Shown here: positions 18,216 to 26,597 of the stretch, piece after piece | How the letters are laid out: every line of letters starts with the position of its first letter | Numbering within the stretch: the first letter of the stretch is position 1 | NCBI GenBank assembly: GCA_964566735.1 | Contig: CAZMJB010000001.1 | Coordinates: 21,516-85,515, forward strand | Length of the DNA: 64,000 nucleotides | Source of the DNA: an uncultured Candidatus Saccharibacteria bacterium | Lineage (GTDB): Bacteria; Patescibacteriota; Saccharimonadia; Saccharimonadales; Saccharimonadaceae | Direction of reading: 5' to 3' | Program-made: the position numbers and the translations under genes | Notes under the pieces: model-generated | Told to the model about the DNA's origin: nothing | Seen by the model: only the letters and a program-made list of their open reading frames with translations | Databases searched by the model: none

Positions 18216-20171
18216 TTAACGATTGTCTTTTCGGTATGATTCGTTGATGTACTCTAGGATTTCGTCGTAATTGTCGTAGATGCGGTAAAGCTCGGTATCC
18301 TCATAGCCAATCGTTTGATATTGGTCGAGCATGATTTCACGAATCGCCGCATCAAACGGACGCCAGAAATCGCTTCCTACCAAGATAATCGGCTGTTTTT
18401 CAATCTTACCTGTTTGAACCAGCGCAAGGATTTCAAAGAGTTCGTCGAAGGTACCAAAGCCACCTGGGAAGTAGATGAAGGCGCTCGAGTCGAGGGTCAT
18501 TGCCACTTTGCGACCAAAGAAGTGCTTGAATTGGAAATTTTCAGTCGTGTATTCATTCAAAGCCTGTTCATTAGGAAGCAGGATGTTGAGTCCAATAGAC
18601 GCACCGCCGGCTTCATACGCACCGCGGTTAGCCGCTTCCATAACGCCATTTCCACCACCAGTAATAACCGCAAAACCATCCTGAGCAAGACGACGAGAAA
18701 GGTCGTAGGCACCCATGGTTACGTTATCATCTTGAGGCTTACGCGCAGACCCAAATACGGTGACTGTCTTTTCGTGACGAGCAAGAATTGAGAACACACT
18801 TTCGAATTCATCAACCACTGTGTCAAGGCGATCCTCTGCCGCCGCAATGAGACGTTCACGAATAATGAGGTTCTTCTTGGTGCGGTCTTTACGGATTGCC
18901 GAAGACTTCTTCGTTTTTGGCTTCACAACAGGAAGCTTTTCCGGAGCAATCATGTCGTTATCGAGCTGAGAAAGCACTTGATCTGCCAAGTTCTTGAAGC
19001 CCATGTAGCGTACAAAGATCTCGTTCCAAAGACTCTCACGGAAGTGATACGCGTAGCGCCCACCATATGATTCTTTATTTGAATAGGCGAAGCTGACGTC
19101 AAAGAGGTTAAAAGCAACCGGGAAGCCGTCATAGTTAAGCCCCACGTAGTCGCGATCTTTCCAGAACTCGAGTTCTGGGTCGAGTTGGAAGAGCAAATCT
19201 TCAGCGCGGCGCCAGTGAAGGTCTTCGGGTTGTACGTGTGGCTCAAAGGCGACGCTGTCAATTGAGTCTTCCTTGTGCTTACCAAGGTAGCGTTGAATCA
19301 CACGCCAGTGCACGCGCTTGCCAACCATTTGGCTGCCCGTACCTGGGTCGGCTATAAGGGTCTCCACCACGGTCTTACCAAAGTGTGGCTGCTTGCTTTT
19401 GAGCTTGAAGAAGGTCGAGTAGAGCTTGACTTCATTCATGTAATGGAAGAGTAATGGTAATGTCTTAAGTGCGAGGCCACGCATCTTACGTACGTGCATC
19501 GGAACAACCACAATAATGCCCATTTCTTTGGTGTGGGTAACGTTGTGAAGTTTCTTCTGCACGAAGTGCGCTGCAAGGTCAACATACTTGTCGTGATCCA
19601 TTTGTACGATACGCAGGTCACGTTCTTCGTAGTCAGCTGGAGTAATTTGTTTAAAGAGTTCGTTGTACTGAACAAGCCATTCAGGACCTTCAGAGAAACG
19701 AAGGGCGGTGTAAATTTCGTCGAAGTCCTCGCCTTCAAACATCTTTTCGATGTCATCATAGCCAAGTTTTTTCATGAGTTGCTTTGGTGGCATTTGACGA
19801 AGAAGGTCTTTCGCACGTTCACGCTTCAATACGAAAACTTTACGGTTGAACTTCACCTTATTGGCAGCTTCAACCATAAATGGCACGAGGTATTTTACCT
19901 CTTCTGAACGCGCTTCATCGGCGCCAATAATACGCACAAGTCGCTTAATGTCGGTTTCGACGCGGCCAAGCAAGGCGTGATACACCTCTTCACCAGTAGC
20001 AGCAGCCGGGTTAAGCCCGAGGGTGCGAAGGTTTTCGTGCGCCATTGCGGTAATATCGCCAATAAGTTTGACATCAGCGCCTGTACGACCGCTCACTTCT
20101 TCGAGTTGGTGCAATGCCTGTGTGAAGATTGGCTCTTCTGCATCGAGTAGGTCACTTAAAAATTTTGCCAT
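18216..20171 (-). CDS. Fusion protein with an unknown ~440-aa N-terminal domain and a C-terminal LOG-family (TIGR00730-type) domain
   Basis: The C-terminus VTVFGSARKP...AVITGGGNGVMEAANRGA...FPGGFGTFDELFE carries the LOG motifs GGGxGxM and PGGxGTxxE. I do not recognise the N-terminal domain. Confidence 0.75.
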   Translation of the reverse strand: MAKFLSDLLDAEEPIFTQALHQLEEVSGRTGADVKLIGDITAMAHENLRTLGLNPAAATGEEVYHALLGRVETDIKRLVRIIGADEARSEEVKYLVPFMVEAANKVKFNRKVFVLKRERAKDLLRQMPPKQLMKKLGYDDIEKMFEGEDFDEIYTALRFSEGPEWLVQYNELFKQITPADYEERDLRIVQMDHDKYVDLAAHFVQKKLHNVTHTKEMGIIVVVPMHVRKMRGLALKTLPLLFHYMNEVKLYSTFFKLKSKQPHFGKTVVETLIADPGTGSQMVGKRVHWRVIQRYLGKHKEDSIDSVAFEPHVQPEDLHWRRAEDLLFQLDPELEFWKDRDYVGLNYDGFPVAFNLFDVSFAYSNKESYGGRYAYHFRESLWNEIFVRYMGFKNLADQVLSQLDNDMIAPEKLPVVKPKTKKSSAIRKDRTKKNLIIRERLIAAAEDRLDTVVDEFESVFSILARHEKTVTVFGSARKPQDDNVTMGAYDLSRRLAQDGFAVITGGGNGVMEAANRGAYEAGGASIGLNILLPNEQALNEYTTENFQFKHFFGRKVAMTLDSSAFIYFPGGFGTFDELFEILALVQTGKIEKQPIILVGSDFWRPFDAAIREIMLDQYQTIGYEDTELYRIYDNYDEILEYINESYRKDNR

Positions 20172-21140
20172 TTAATACTCCTTTTCCGTCAGCGGCATAT
20201 CGTGTAGCTCAACACCTTTATGTAAAATTCCTTCTTTCGCACCAATAAACTGCACCACTGAGGTAGAGTTTGCACTTGCAAAAATAATCGAGTCTTTCAG
20301 TGATTTTTCTTGTGCATAGGCACTGAGGAAACCTGAACCAAACGCGTCACCAGCACCAGTACGGTCAATCACTGGAACGTCTTCATACATACCAGCTGAA
20401 ACAATCGTCTTGCTATCAGTTGCGACAACGCCATTTGGACCATCACTCACAATAGCAACAGGTACAAAGTGTGTGAGGTGGCGCACAAGCTCTTCGGATG
20501 TTTCACCGTGTACGATCATCTGAGCTTCTTCCTTATTTACCGCAAGCACGTGAACATCTTCGAGGAGACCCTTGAGCTTATCGGTTTCTTTGAGCTCAAC
20601 CCCAGCTGGGTTGAGCATCACCTTTACATTGTGCTGGGCAGCGCGCGTAATAATGCGCTCAAGTAATTCCATATCACCAAGTGACGAGATGTAAATCCAC
20701 TGCCCCTCGTCGATAATTGAAAGGTCGAGTTCTGGGCTCTTAGCAGTTGGCATCGTTCCCTTGTAGTTAAGGATTGTACGCTCTCCACCCTCCAGCATCA
20801 AAATAACTGAATAGCTGGCTTTAAAGTGTTCGCTCTGGTGCACGTGACTCGTATCAACACCTTCACGGTCGAGGCTTTGAAGTATTGTCTCACTCGGCGC
20901 ATCATCACCGATACACCAGGCGTACTTACTGTGAATACCTTGGCGCGCGAAAGTAACTGCCGCGTTGGTAACGTTGCCCCCAGTTGAAAATACAACTTCA
21001 TCGAGATCGAGCTTCTGCCCAACAGGAAGTTGCTCATACTTTACGCCCTTATGTTCAAATTCGGTGAACGCATCAGCGCTCTTAAGGAACACATCCTGTG
21101 TCGCCTTACCAATAGTAACGATTGTTGGCACTTGCCCCAT
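20172..21140 (-). CDS. PfkB-family carbohydrate/nucleoside kinase
   Basis: 322 aa with the C-terminal motif DRTGAGDAFGSGFL. Its stop abuts the start of the LOG fusion. Confidence 0.8.
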   Translation of the reverse strand: MGQVPTIVTIGKATQDVFLKSADAFTEFEHKGVKYEQLPVGQKLDLDEVVFSTGGNVTNAAVTFARQGIHSKYAWCIGDDAPSETILQSLDREGVDTSHVHQSEHFKASYSVILMLEGGERTILNYKGTMPTAKSPELDLSIIDEGQWIYISSLGDMELLERIITRAAQHNVKVMLNPAGVELKETDKLKGLLEDVHVLAVNKEEAQMIVHGETSEELVRHLTHFVPVAIVSDGPNGVVATDSKTIVSAGMYEDVPVIDRTGAGDAFGSGFLSAYAQEKSLKDSIIFASANSTSVVQFIGAKEGILHKGVELHDMPLTEKEY

Positions 21141-21143
21141 AGT

Positions 21144-22055
21144 TCAGACGACTGCCTTCCCGGCGCATCCAAAGGCTTGGATCTTTTCTTCAACCACTGC
21201 TTGCACAGCGTCTTTTACACGGTCCATGAGCTTCACAACGGCAAATTCGTCTGGATGTGCTTTAAGCTCTTGCTCCATGACAGTGCGGAATGCGTAGCGC
21301 ATGTCGCTGTTGATGTTAATCTTGCTCACGCCAATTCGAGCCGCATCTTCGAAGAAGTGAAGCGGAGTTCCCGAGCCACCGTGGAGGCTAATTTGGCACG
21401 GAATTGCTTCACGAATTCGGCCGAGGAGTTCAAGGTCGAGTTCTTTTGGTACAGGGTACTTACCGTGGAGATTTCCGATTGCAGCAGCAAATGTATCAAT
21501 GCCCGTTGCTTCAACAAATGACTTTGCGCCTTCTGGGGTTGAGAAGGTTTTCTTGATTTCTTCGTAGTTAATTTCTTCGGTGTGCACGTTACTGCTTCCA
21601 CCAAAGTAGTGTGGTTCACTTTCAACGAGAGCGCCGGTGAACTTTGCATATTCAACCACTTCGCGGGTCTTTGCAATGATCTCTTCTTCTGAAGCATCGT
21701 GATTCGCCTGTGAAATGTCGATGTGAATAAATTCATACCCAGCATCGATCGCCTGCTTACATGCTTCGACGGTAGGGCTGTGGTCGAGGTTAAGGTACAT
21801 CTCGATGCCGTATTCTTTTTTGTAGTTGTCGACCATGTCACGGACGTTCTCGAGGCCCATAGCCTCCACTTCACCCTGACTCACTTCAACCAGCACCGGT
21901 GCGTTGGTTTTTTGCGCTGCACGTGCAATCGCAATAAGCGTTTCTTGGTTGTCGATATTAAACGCACCAACCGCAAAGCCCTGCTGACGACTTCGTTGCA
22001 TAAGATGACGAGCGCGCAGTGTATTGTCGCGAATTTCTGCTATTGTTAGCCCCAT
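21144..22055 (-). CDS. fba: Class II fructose/tagatose-bisphosphate aldolase
   Basis: 303 aa with FNIDNQETL, LNLDHS and ISLHGGSG. Confidence 0.85.
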   Translation of the reverse strand: MGLTIAEIRDNTLRARHLMQRSRQQGFAVGAFNIDNQETLIAIARAAQKTNAPVLVEVSQGEVEAMGLENVRDMVDNYKKEYGIEMYLNLDHSPTVEACKQAIDAGYEFIHIDISQANHDASEEEIIAKTREVVEYAKFTGALVESEPHYFGGSSNVHTEEINYEEIKKTFSTPEGAKSFVEATGIDTFAAAIGNLHGKYPVPKELDLELLGRIREAIPCQISLHGGSGTPLHFFEDAARIGVSKININSDMRYAFRTVMEQELKAHPDEFAVVKLMDRVKDAVQAVVEEKIQAFGCAGKAVV

Positions 22056-22105
22056 TGAATAATGCCCCCTAAAGATAATGATTACTCTTGGGACCAGTAT
22101 ACCAC

Positions 22106-23098
22106 TTATGCTTGGTGGTAGCGAGGCATTTCTTCAACAAATTTTTCAACAGCTTCGGCGACTTTATCGCCAGTTAGCTCAAAGTATTCCATCAGTTCAT
22201 TCGGAGCACCCGACTCACCAAAGCGATCATTAATACCGATGCGCTTTACAGGCATAGGCAGCGTTGAGCTCAAGAATTCAGTCACCGCACTTCCAAATCC
22301 ACCCGCAGCCTGTGCTTCTTCTGCTGTTACAACGCGGCCAGTCTTTCGAGCGCTGGCTAGAAGTGTTTTTTCATCAAGCGGCTTGATAGTTGGAACGTGC
22401 ACAACTTCGGCGTTAATGCCTTGTTTTTCAAGGTATTGGGCAGCGAGAAGGAGTTGGTAGGTCATCGTACCAGTACCGAACAGTGAAACGTCTTCACCTT
22501 CTTTCAGTACGTAGGCTTTTCCAATTTCAAATGGTGATTCTTTCGTACTGAAAATAGGAGTTTTTTCACGAGCAAGACGAAGGTATGAGGGCTTGCCATT
22601 TTCGGCAATCGCAAGTGTCGCCTTTTCGGCTTCAATGCTGTCACCAGGTGCAACAACGACCATATTAGGCAGGACGCGCATAATTGCAATGTCTTCGAGC
22701 ATTTGGTGGGTTGCTCCGTCAGGACCAACGCTGACACCGGCGTGTGAGCCAACAACCTTTACTGGCTGGTTATTCAAAGTGGCAGTGGTGCGAATTTGCT
22801 CCCAGTTTCGCCCAGGGCTAAAGGCAGCATAGCTACTGGTAAATGGAATCTTGCCCGCACGAGCAAGACCGCTTGCTACAGTGACAAGATTCTGTTCTGC
22901 AATACCAATTTCAACAAACCGCTTTGGAAACGCCTCCCGGAATAGATGCATTTGGGTACTTTCGGTAAGGTCAGCACAGAGCGCAACAACATTTTCGTTA
23001 TTTTCACCGGCAATTTTAAGGCCACGGCCGAATCCAGCACGGATCGGTTCGAGTTCAACCTCTTTGTTATATACCAATGGATTTAATGGATATGTCAT
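22106..23098 (-). CDS. Transketolase, C-terminal (pyrimidine-binding) subunit
   Basis: 330 aa with EIGIAEQN and GATHQMLEDIA. It overlaps the N-terminal subunit gene by 4 nt. Confidence 0.9.
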   Translation of the reverse strand: MTYPLNPLVYNKEVELEPIRAGFGRGLKIAGENNENVVALCADLTESTQMHLFREAFPKRFVEIGIAEQNLVTVASGLARAGKIPFTSSYAAFSPGRNWEQIRTTATLNNQPVKVVGSHAGVSVGPDGATHQMLEDIAIMRVLPNMVVVAPGDSIEAEKATLAIAENGKPSYLRLAREKTPIFSTKESPFEIGKAYVLKEGEDVSLFGTGTMTYQLLLAAQYLEKQGINAEVVHVPTIKPLDEKTLLASARKTGRVVTAEEAQAAGGFGSAVTEFLSSTLPMPVKRIGINDRFGESGAPNELMEYFELTGDKVAEAVEKFVEEMPRYHQA

Positions 23099-23958
23099 AC
23101 ACCAGCCCCCTCATGCGTAATTTTGCCACCAAGTGTTCGTAGATCTTCAAGCGCCTCTTTGGCCTGCTCAGCGTTTGGTGGAATACCGTGCCACTTGTAG
23201 TTATATTCCATAAAGTCCACACCCTTACCTGGAATCGTGTGCGCAATGACTACCGTTGGACGGTTTGTAATGGCGCGCGCCTCACTCGCTGCATTAATGA
23301 TACTTTCAATATTGTGGCCATCGATTTCCAGAACGTGCCAGCCAAATGACTCCCACTTACCCTTTAGGTCTTCGAGTGGCATGACGTCTTCAGTTGTCCC
23401 GTCAATTTGAATATTGTTGCGATCAACGAAAGCAATGAGCTGAGACAACTTGTACTTACCGGCAAACATGGCAGCCTCCCAGATGTTACCTTCGTTCAGC
23501 TCACCATCACCCATGACGGTATACACGAAGCGGTGTGGGTTTTCATCGAGATAGCGAAGGCTATAGGCATAGCCGGCAGCTTGTGAGAGGCCACTCCCAA
23601 GAGGGCCACTTGTGTTTTCGAGGCCCGGAAGCTTTTCACGCTCCGGGTGACCTTGAAGGCGGCTACCGAACTTGCGAAGGGTGGTGAGTTCGGTTTTATC
23701 AAAGAAACCAGCCTCAGCCATAGCTGCATACTGCACAGGTACACAGTGGCCGTTACTTAAGAAGAATACATCGCGCTCTTTCCACTCAGGCTCATTTGCC
23801 TTGAAATTCATAATGTCGAAATACAGCGCCGCAAAAATATCAGCGAGCCCTAACGGACCGGCGCTATGGCCGCTTCCGGCCGCTTCGAGCATTGTAATGA
23901 TATCGCGACGAATGTCGTTCGCCTTCTGTTCAAGTTGTGCAATTGTTAACTGACCCAC
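23095..23958 (-). CDS. Transketolase, N-terminal (TPP-binding) subunit
   Basis: 287 aa with GHSAGPLG and GDGELNEGNIWEA. Confidence 0.9.
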   Translation of the reverse strand: MGQLTIAQLEQKANDIRRDIITMLEAAGSGHSAGPLGLADIFAALYFDIMNFKANEPEWKERDVFFLSNGHCVPVQYAAMAEAGFFDKTELTTLRKFGSRLQGHPEREKLPGLENTSGPLGSGLSQAAGYAYSLRYLDENPHRFVYTVMGDGELNEGNIWEAAMFAGKYKLSQLIAFVDRNNIQIDGTTEDVMPLEDLKGKWESFGWHVLEIDGHNIESIINAASEARAITNRPTVVIAHTIPGKGVDFMEYNYKWHGIPPNAEQAKEALEDLRTLGGKITHEGAGV

Positions 23959-23959
23959 C

Positions 23960-24604
23960 CTAAATTACTCCGTGCTTATTAATTTCTTTAACTAGTTCGT
24001 TGTATGTATCCGCCGGACTGGTTGCGTTGGCGATTTCTCCACCAACATTCAGTACTTCTACTCCACCCTGCGTGAGTGTGTAGGCATTCTCCATTTTCAC
24101 ACCACCATCCCAACCAATCTCAACGTCGGCTTTGATCTTCTTGATGAGACGAATCTTTTCAAGCTGCATCATACTTGCCGTGCCGCCAAACTTTCCAAGG
24201 TCACCCGAGAAAATCATCACGTGGTCAGATGCTTGAATGGCCGCTTGAACAGATGAAGGTACCGTTGTCTTAAGGAGCGCGACGCCGGCCTTAATGCCCG
24301 CCTGCTTCAGTGCCGCAAGGTGCGGTACAACATCTTCCTGCGCCTCAGCGTGAAGAATCACCATACTTGGCTTCAGCTTGATGAGCTGCGCGATATGTTC
24401 AGAGGGACGCGCCACCATTGCGTGAATATCGACCTCCCAGCCTTCTGGCCAGAATAGCTGGCTTTCACTAAGAAGGAACGTTGGTGCAAACTCGCCATCA
24501 CTAATATCAATGTGCACACGACGAGCAAAAGGTTGGATTTTAGCGGTAGACTCGCGGAGCTGATCGATTGTCTCGGCCATCACAGTAGGAACAATAATAC
24601 TCAT
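23960..24604 (-). CDS. rpe: Ribulose-phosphate 3-epimerase family protein (divergent)
   Basis: The order of HIDISDGEFAP, DIHAMV, GIKAGVAL and EIGWDGGV follows the RPE barrel motifs. Confidence 0.65.
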   Translation of the reverse strand: MSIIVPTVMAETIDQLRESTAKIQPFARRVHIDISDGEFAPTFLLSESQLFWPEGWEVDIHAMVARPSEHIAQLIKLKPSMVILHAEAQEDVVPHLAALKQAGIKAGVALLKTTVPSSVQAAIQASDHVMIFSGDLGKFGGTASMMQLEKIRLIKKIKADVEIGWDGGVKMENAYTLTQGGVEVLNVGGEIANATSPADTYNELVKEINKHGVI

Positions 24605-25056
24605 TACCCAAGCTCATCCAATTCTGCGTTACGACGCTTAAAACGCACTGCGTTAGCGAACTCGGTATTGAGCCAGGTTTCAAGAATACCCTGCCACGCC
24701 GACTCTTCTTCACCCACAATACGCGCAGGTAAACAAAGGACGTTGCTGTCATTATCGTAGCGTGTCATCTTTGCTTCAAAAGCATCCCAAATAACACTCG
24801 CACGAATGCCACGGAATCGGTTGGCTGCCATTGCGACGCCCTGACCACCCCCACATACAAGAATACCGCGCGGGTCTTTCTCGGTACTTCCTAGCACCTT
24901 CAAGGCGACTCGTTGTGCAAATACCGGAAAATCATCAGACGGGTCGAGTACGGCGTCGCCGACGTCCTCCACTTCATACCCATGCTTTGCAAGATACGCA
25001 AAAATCTCCTCTTTCAAGTGAAATCCTTGATGATCCGCACCCAAGTAAATTTTCAT
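24604..25056 (-). CDS. rpiB: Ribose-5-phosphate isomerase B
   Basis: MKIYLGADHQGFHLKEEI and GILVCGGGQGVAMAANRFRGIRA are present. Confidence 0.9.
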   Translation of the reverse strand: MKIYLGADHQGFHLKEEIFAYLAKHGYEVEDVGDAVLDPSDDFPVFAQRVALKVLGSTEKDPRGILVCGGGQGVAMAANRFRGIRASVIWDAFEAKMTRYDNDSNVLCLPARIVGEEESAWQGILETWLNTEFANAVRFKRRNAELDELG

Positions 25057-25084
25057 AAATTTAAGTATAAGCTATATGGCCGTA

Positions 25085-25117
25085 AGAAAAAAGGCCGAGA
25101 GCGCCATGCTTTCGACC
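25085..25117 (-). terminator. Intrinsic terminator after gap
   Basis: The minus strand reads GGTCGAAAGC-atggc-GCTCTCGGCC followed by TTTTTTCTT. Confidence 0.55.
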
Positions 25118-25139
25118 TTTTATCATTTTCGCTTCAGAA

Positions 25140-26153
25140 TTACTTGATTGTCTTCGCAATATCAGCAACAAGTTCAACCAAACGGTTTGAGTAGCCCCAT
25201 TCGTTGTCGTACCAAACCATAACCTTTGCAAGGTTACCGCCAACCACCTTCGTAAGAAGCAGGTCAACAACACCTGAGTGGCTGTTTCCGATGTAGTCGC
25301 GGCTTACAAGTGGCTCTTCACTGACGCCAAGAATACCTTGGTAGTAAGGCTCGGCAGCAGCCTTCTTGAATGCAGCGTTGATTTCTTCAACAGTAACATC
25401 ACGCTCAAGAAGCACGGTTACGTCGCTGATTGAAACTACTGGAGTTGGAACGCGGATACTGAGTCCGTCGAACTTACCTTCAAGTTGAGGCAAGGTCTTG
25501 GTAACAGCAATCGCCGCACCGGTCGTGGTAGGAACAATGTTTTCAGCAGCGTTACGACCTTCACGAAGGTCCTTTGCAGGAGCGTCCTGAATCGCCTGGC
25601 TTGCAGTGTAGCTGTGTACGGTCGTAAGAAGTGACTTCTCTACACCGAACTCAGCATCAAGAACTGCCATAACCGCACCAAGTGAGTTCGTGGTACAGCT
25701 TGCGTTACTAATAACGTGGCTAGCGCCCTCTACCTTGTCTTCGTTTGCACCAAGAACAATCGTGTCGACACCATCGCTCTTTGTTGGACCACTAATGACG
25801 ACGCGCTTAGCGCCGGCTGCAATGTGAAGCTCAGCAGATTCCTTGTCGGTGAAGCGACCGGTTGATTCGATCACGAGCTCAACACCAAGGGTTCCCCATG
25901 GAAGCGCCGCTGGGTCTTTTTCGGCGGTCACCTTAATGTGCTGACCGTTCACGATGATTCCTGCGTCGTCGTAAGACACGTCGTACTTGTAGGTACCGTA
26001 GTTGCTGTCGTGCTTCAAAAGGTACGCCAGTGTTTTTGTATCGGTAAGGTCGTTGACGGCGACTACTTCAAGATCACTACGATCAAACGCCAGCTTGAAT
26101 GCATTTCGCCCAATACGGCCAAATCCGTTAATACCAATTTTAGTTTTTGCCAT
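25140..26153 (-). CDS. gap: Glyceraldehyde-3-phosphate dehydrogenase
   Basis: 337 aa with INGFGRIGR and the active site SNASCTTN. Confidence 0.95.
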   Translation of the reverse strand: MAKTKIGINGFGRIGRNAFKLAFDRSDLEVVAVNDLTDTKTLAYLLKHDSNYGTYKYDVSYDDAGIIVNGQHIKVTAEKDPAALPWGTLGVELVIESTGRFTDKESAELHIAAGAKRVVISGPTKSDGVDTIVLGANEDKVEGASHVISNASCTTNSLGAVMAVLDAEFGVEKSLLTTVHSYTASQAIQDAPAKDLREGRNAAENIVPTTTGAAIAVTKTLPQLEGKFDGLSIRVPTPVVSISDVTVLLERDVTVEEINAAFKKAAAEPYYQGILGVSEEPLVSRDYIGNSHSGVVDLLLTKVVGGNLAKVMVWYDNEWGYSNRLVELVADIAKTIK

Positions 26154-26191
26154 ATGCCCCCATTTCTTAGTAGTTATGCATGACTAATTTA

Positions 26192-26219
26192 AGTATAAGC
26201 ATTTTGAATATCAAGTCAA
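26192..26219 (-). promoter_or_regulatory. Putative gap promoter, TTGACT-16-TATACT
   Basis: On the minus strand TTGACT is at 26219-26214 and TATACT at 26197-26192. It lies directly downstream of the terminator of the upstream RNA locus. Confidence 0.55.
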
Positions 26220-26545
26220 AAAATTAATGGGGGTCGACGCTACAGTGAGCGCCGACCCCCCGTGTGACGAGCCGATTTCTCAGACGCCCATAGGCAATAC
26301 CTCCAGGGTTGGGTGGTGCCCTCGGAGCCGAAAAGTGTTCACAGTTCGACCCCGAGGGGGCATTGCGCGCGGTGTCGCGCCCGTTATCTCAGTCTGGTGC
26401 AGTCTGAAACCCTCGTTGTTGCGAGCGCCCTTAGGCGCTGCGGTCGTTCAAGGGGACCGCTCTCTACTCAGAGAACGAGCGCGATGTGAATCGTCAATCG
26501 TTCAACTCTATACTGCAGAGTTGCTGGTGACTTTATCCGCTTAAA
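26218..26545 (-). ncRNA. Unassigned ~320-nt GC-rich structured RNA candidate with its own promoter and terminator
   Basis: There is no credible ORF on either strand. The promoter is at 26550-26578. Local helices are at 26503-26523, 26461-26474, 26424-26439, 26365-26380 and 26301-26327. A 12-bp-stem terminator at 26229-26260 is followed on the minus strand by ATTAATTTTTT. Confidence 0.5.
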
Positions 26546-26549
26546 AGCT

Positions 26550-26578
26550 ACTCTACTCGCCCTCGAAAATCATGTCAA
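26550..26578 (-). promoter_or_regulatory. Putative promoter of the RNA locus, TTGACA-17-TAGAGT
   Basis: On the minus strand the -35 TTGACA is at 26578-26573, followed by an exactly 17-nt spacer and the -10 TAGAGT at 26555-26550. Confidence 0.55.
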
Positions 26579-26597
26579 CAAACTGTATACTAAACAC

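Noticed and set aside
22106-23958. Transketolase as a frameshifted pseudogene
   Set aside because: The two halves correspond exactly to the known N-terminal (TPP-binding) and C-terminal (pyrimidine-binding) subunits of split transketolases. They overlap by a clean 4-nt ATGA-type junction and both are intact.
26227-26544. 105-aa plus-strand ORF filling the gap-rel spacer
   Set aside because: The translation is Arg/Cys/Pro/Gly-rich and third codon positions show no bias. The ATG sits inside a 12-bp hairpin and there is no RBS. The region is better explained as structured RNA.
26218-26545. Assignment of the structured locus to tmRNA, RNase P RNA, SRP RNA or a T-box
   Set aside because: No tRNA-like acceptor/T-arm pair or ...ALAA-type tag ORF is present, so tmRNA is unlikely. 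There is no GGAAAGUCC block, and the two UCGGCUC copies are direct repeats and cannot form P4, which argues against RNase P. There is no GNRA-capped helix with GGAA/AGCA, which argues against SRP. A GGGUGGUGCC string at 26311-26320 resembles the T-box core only on the plus strand. It lies in the wrong position, and no aaRS gene follows. The class is left unassigned rather than forced.
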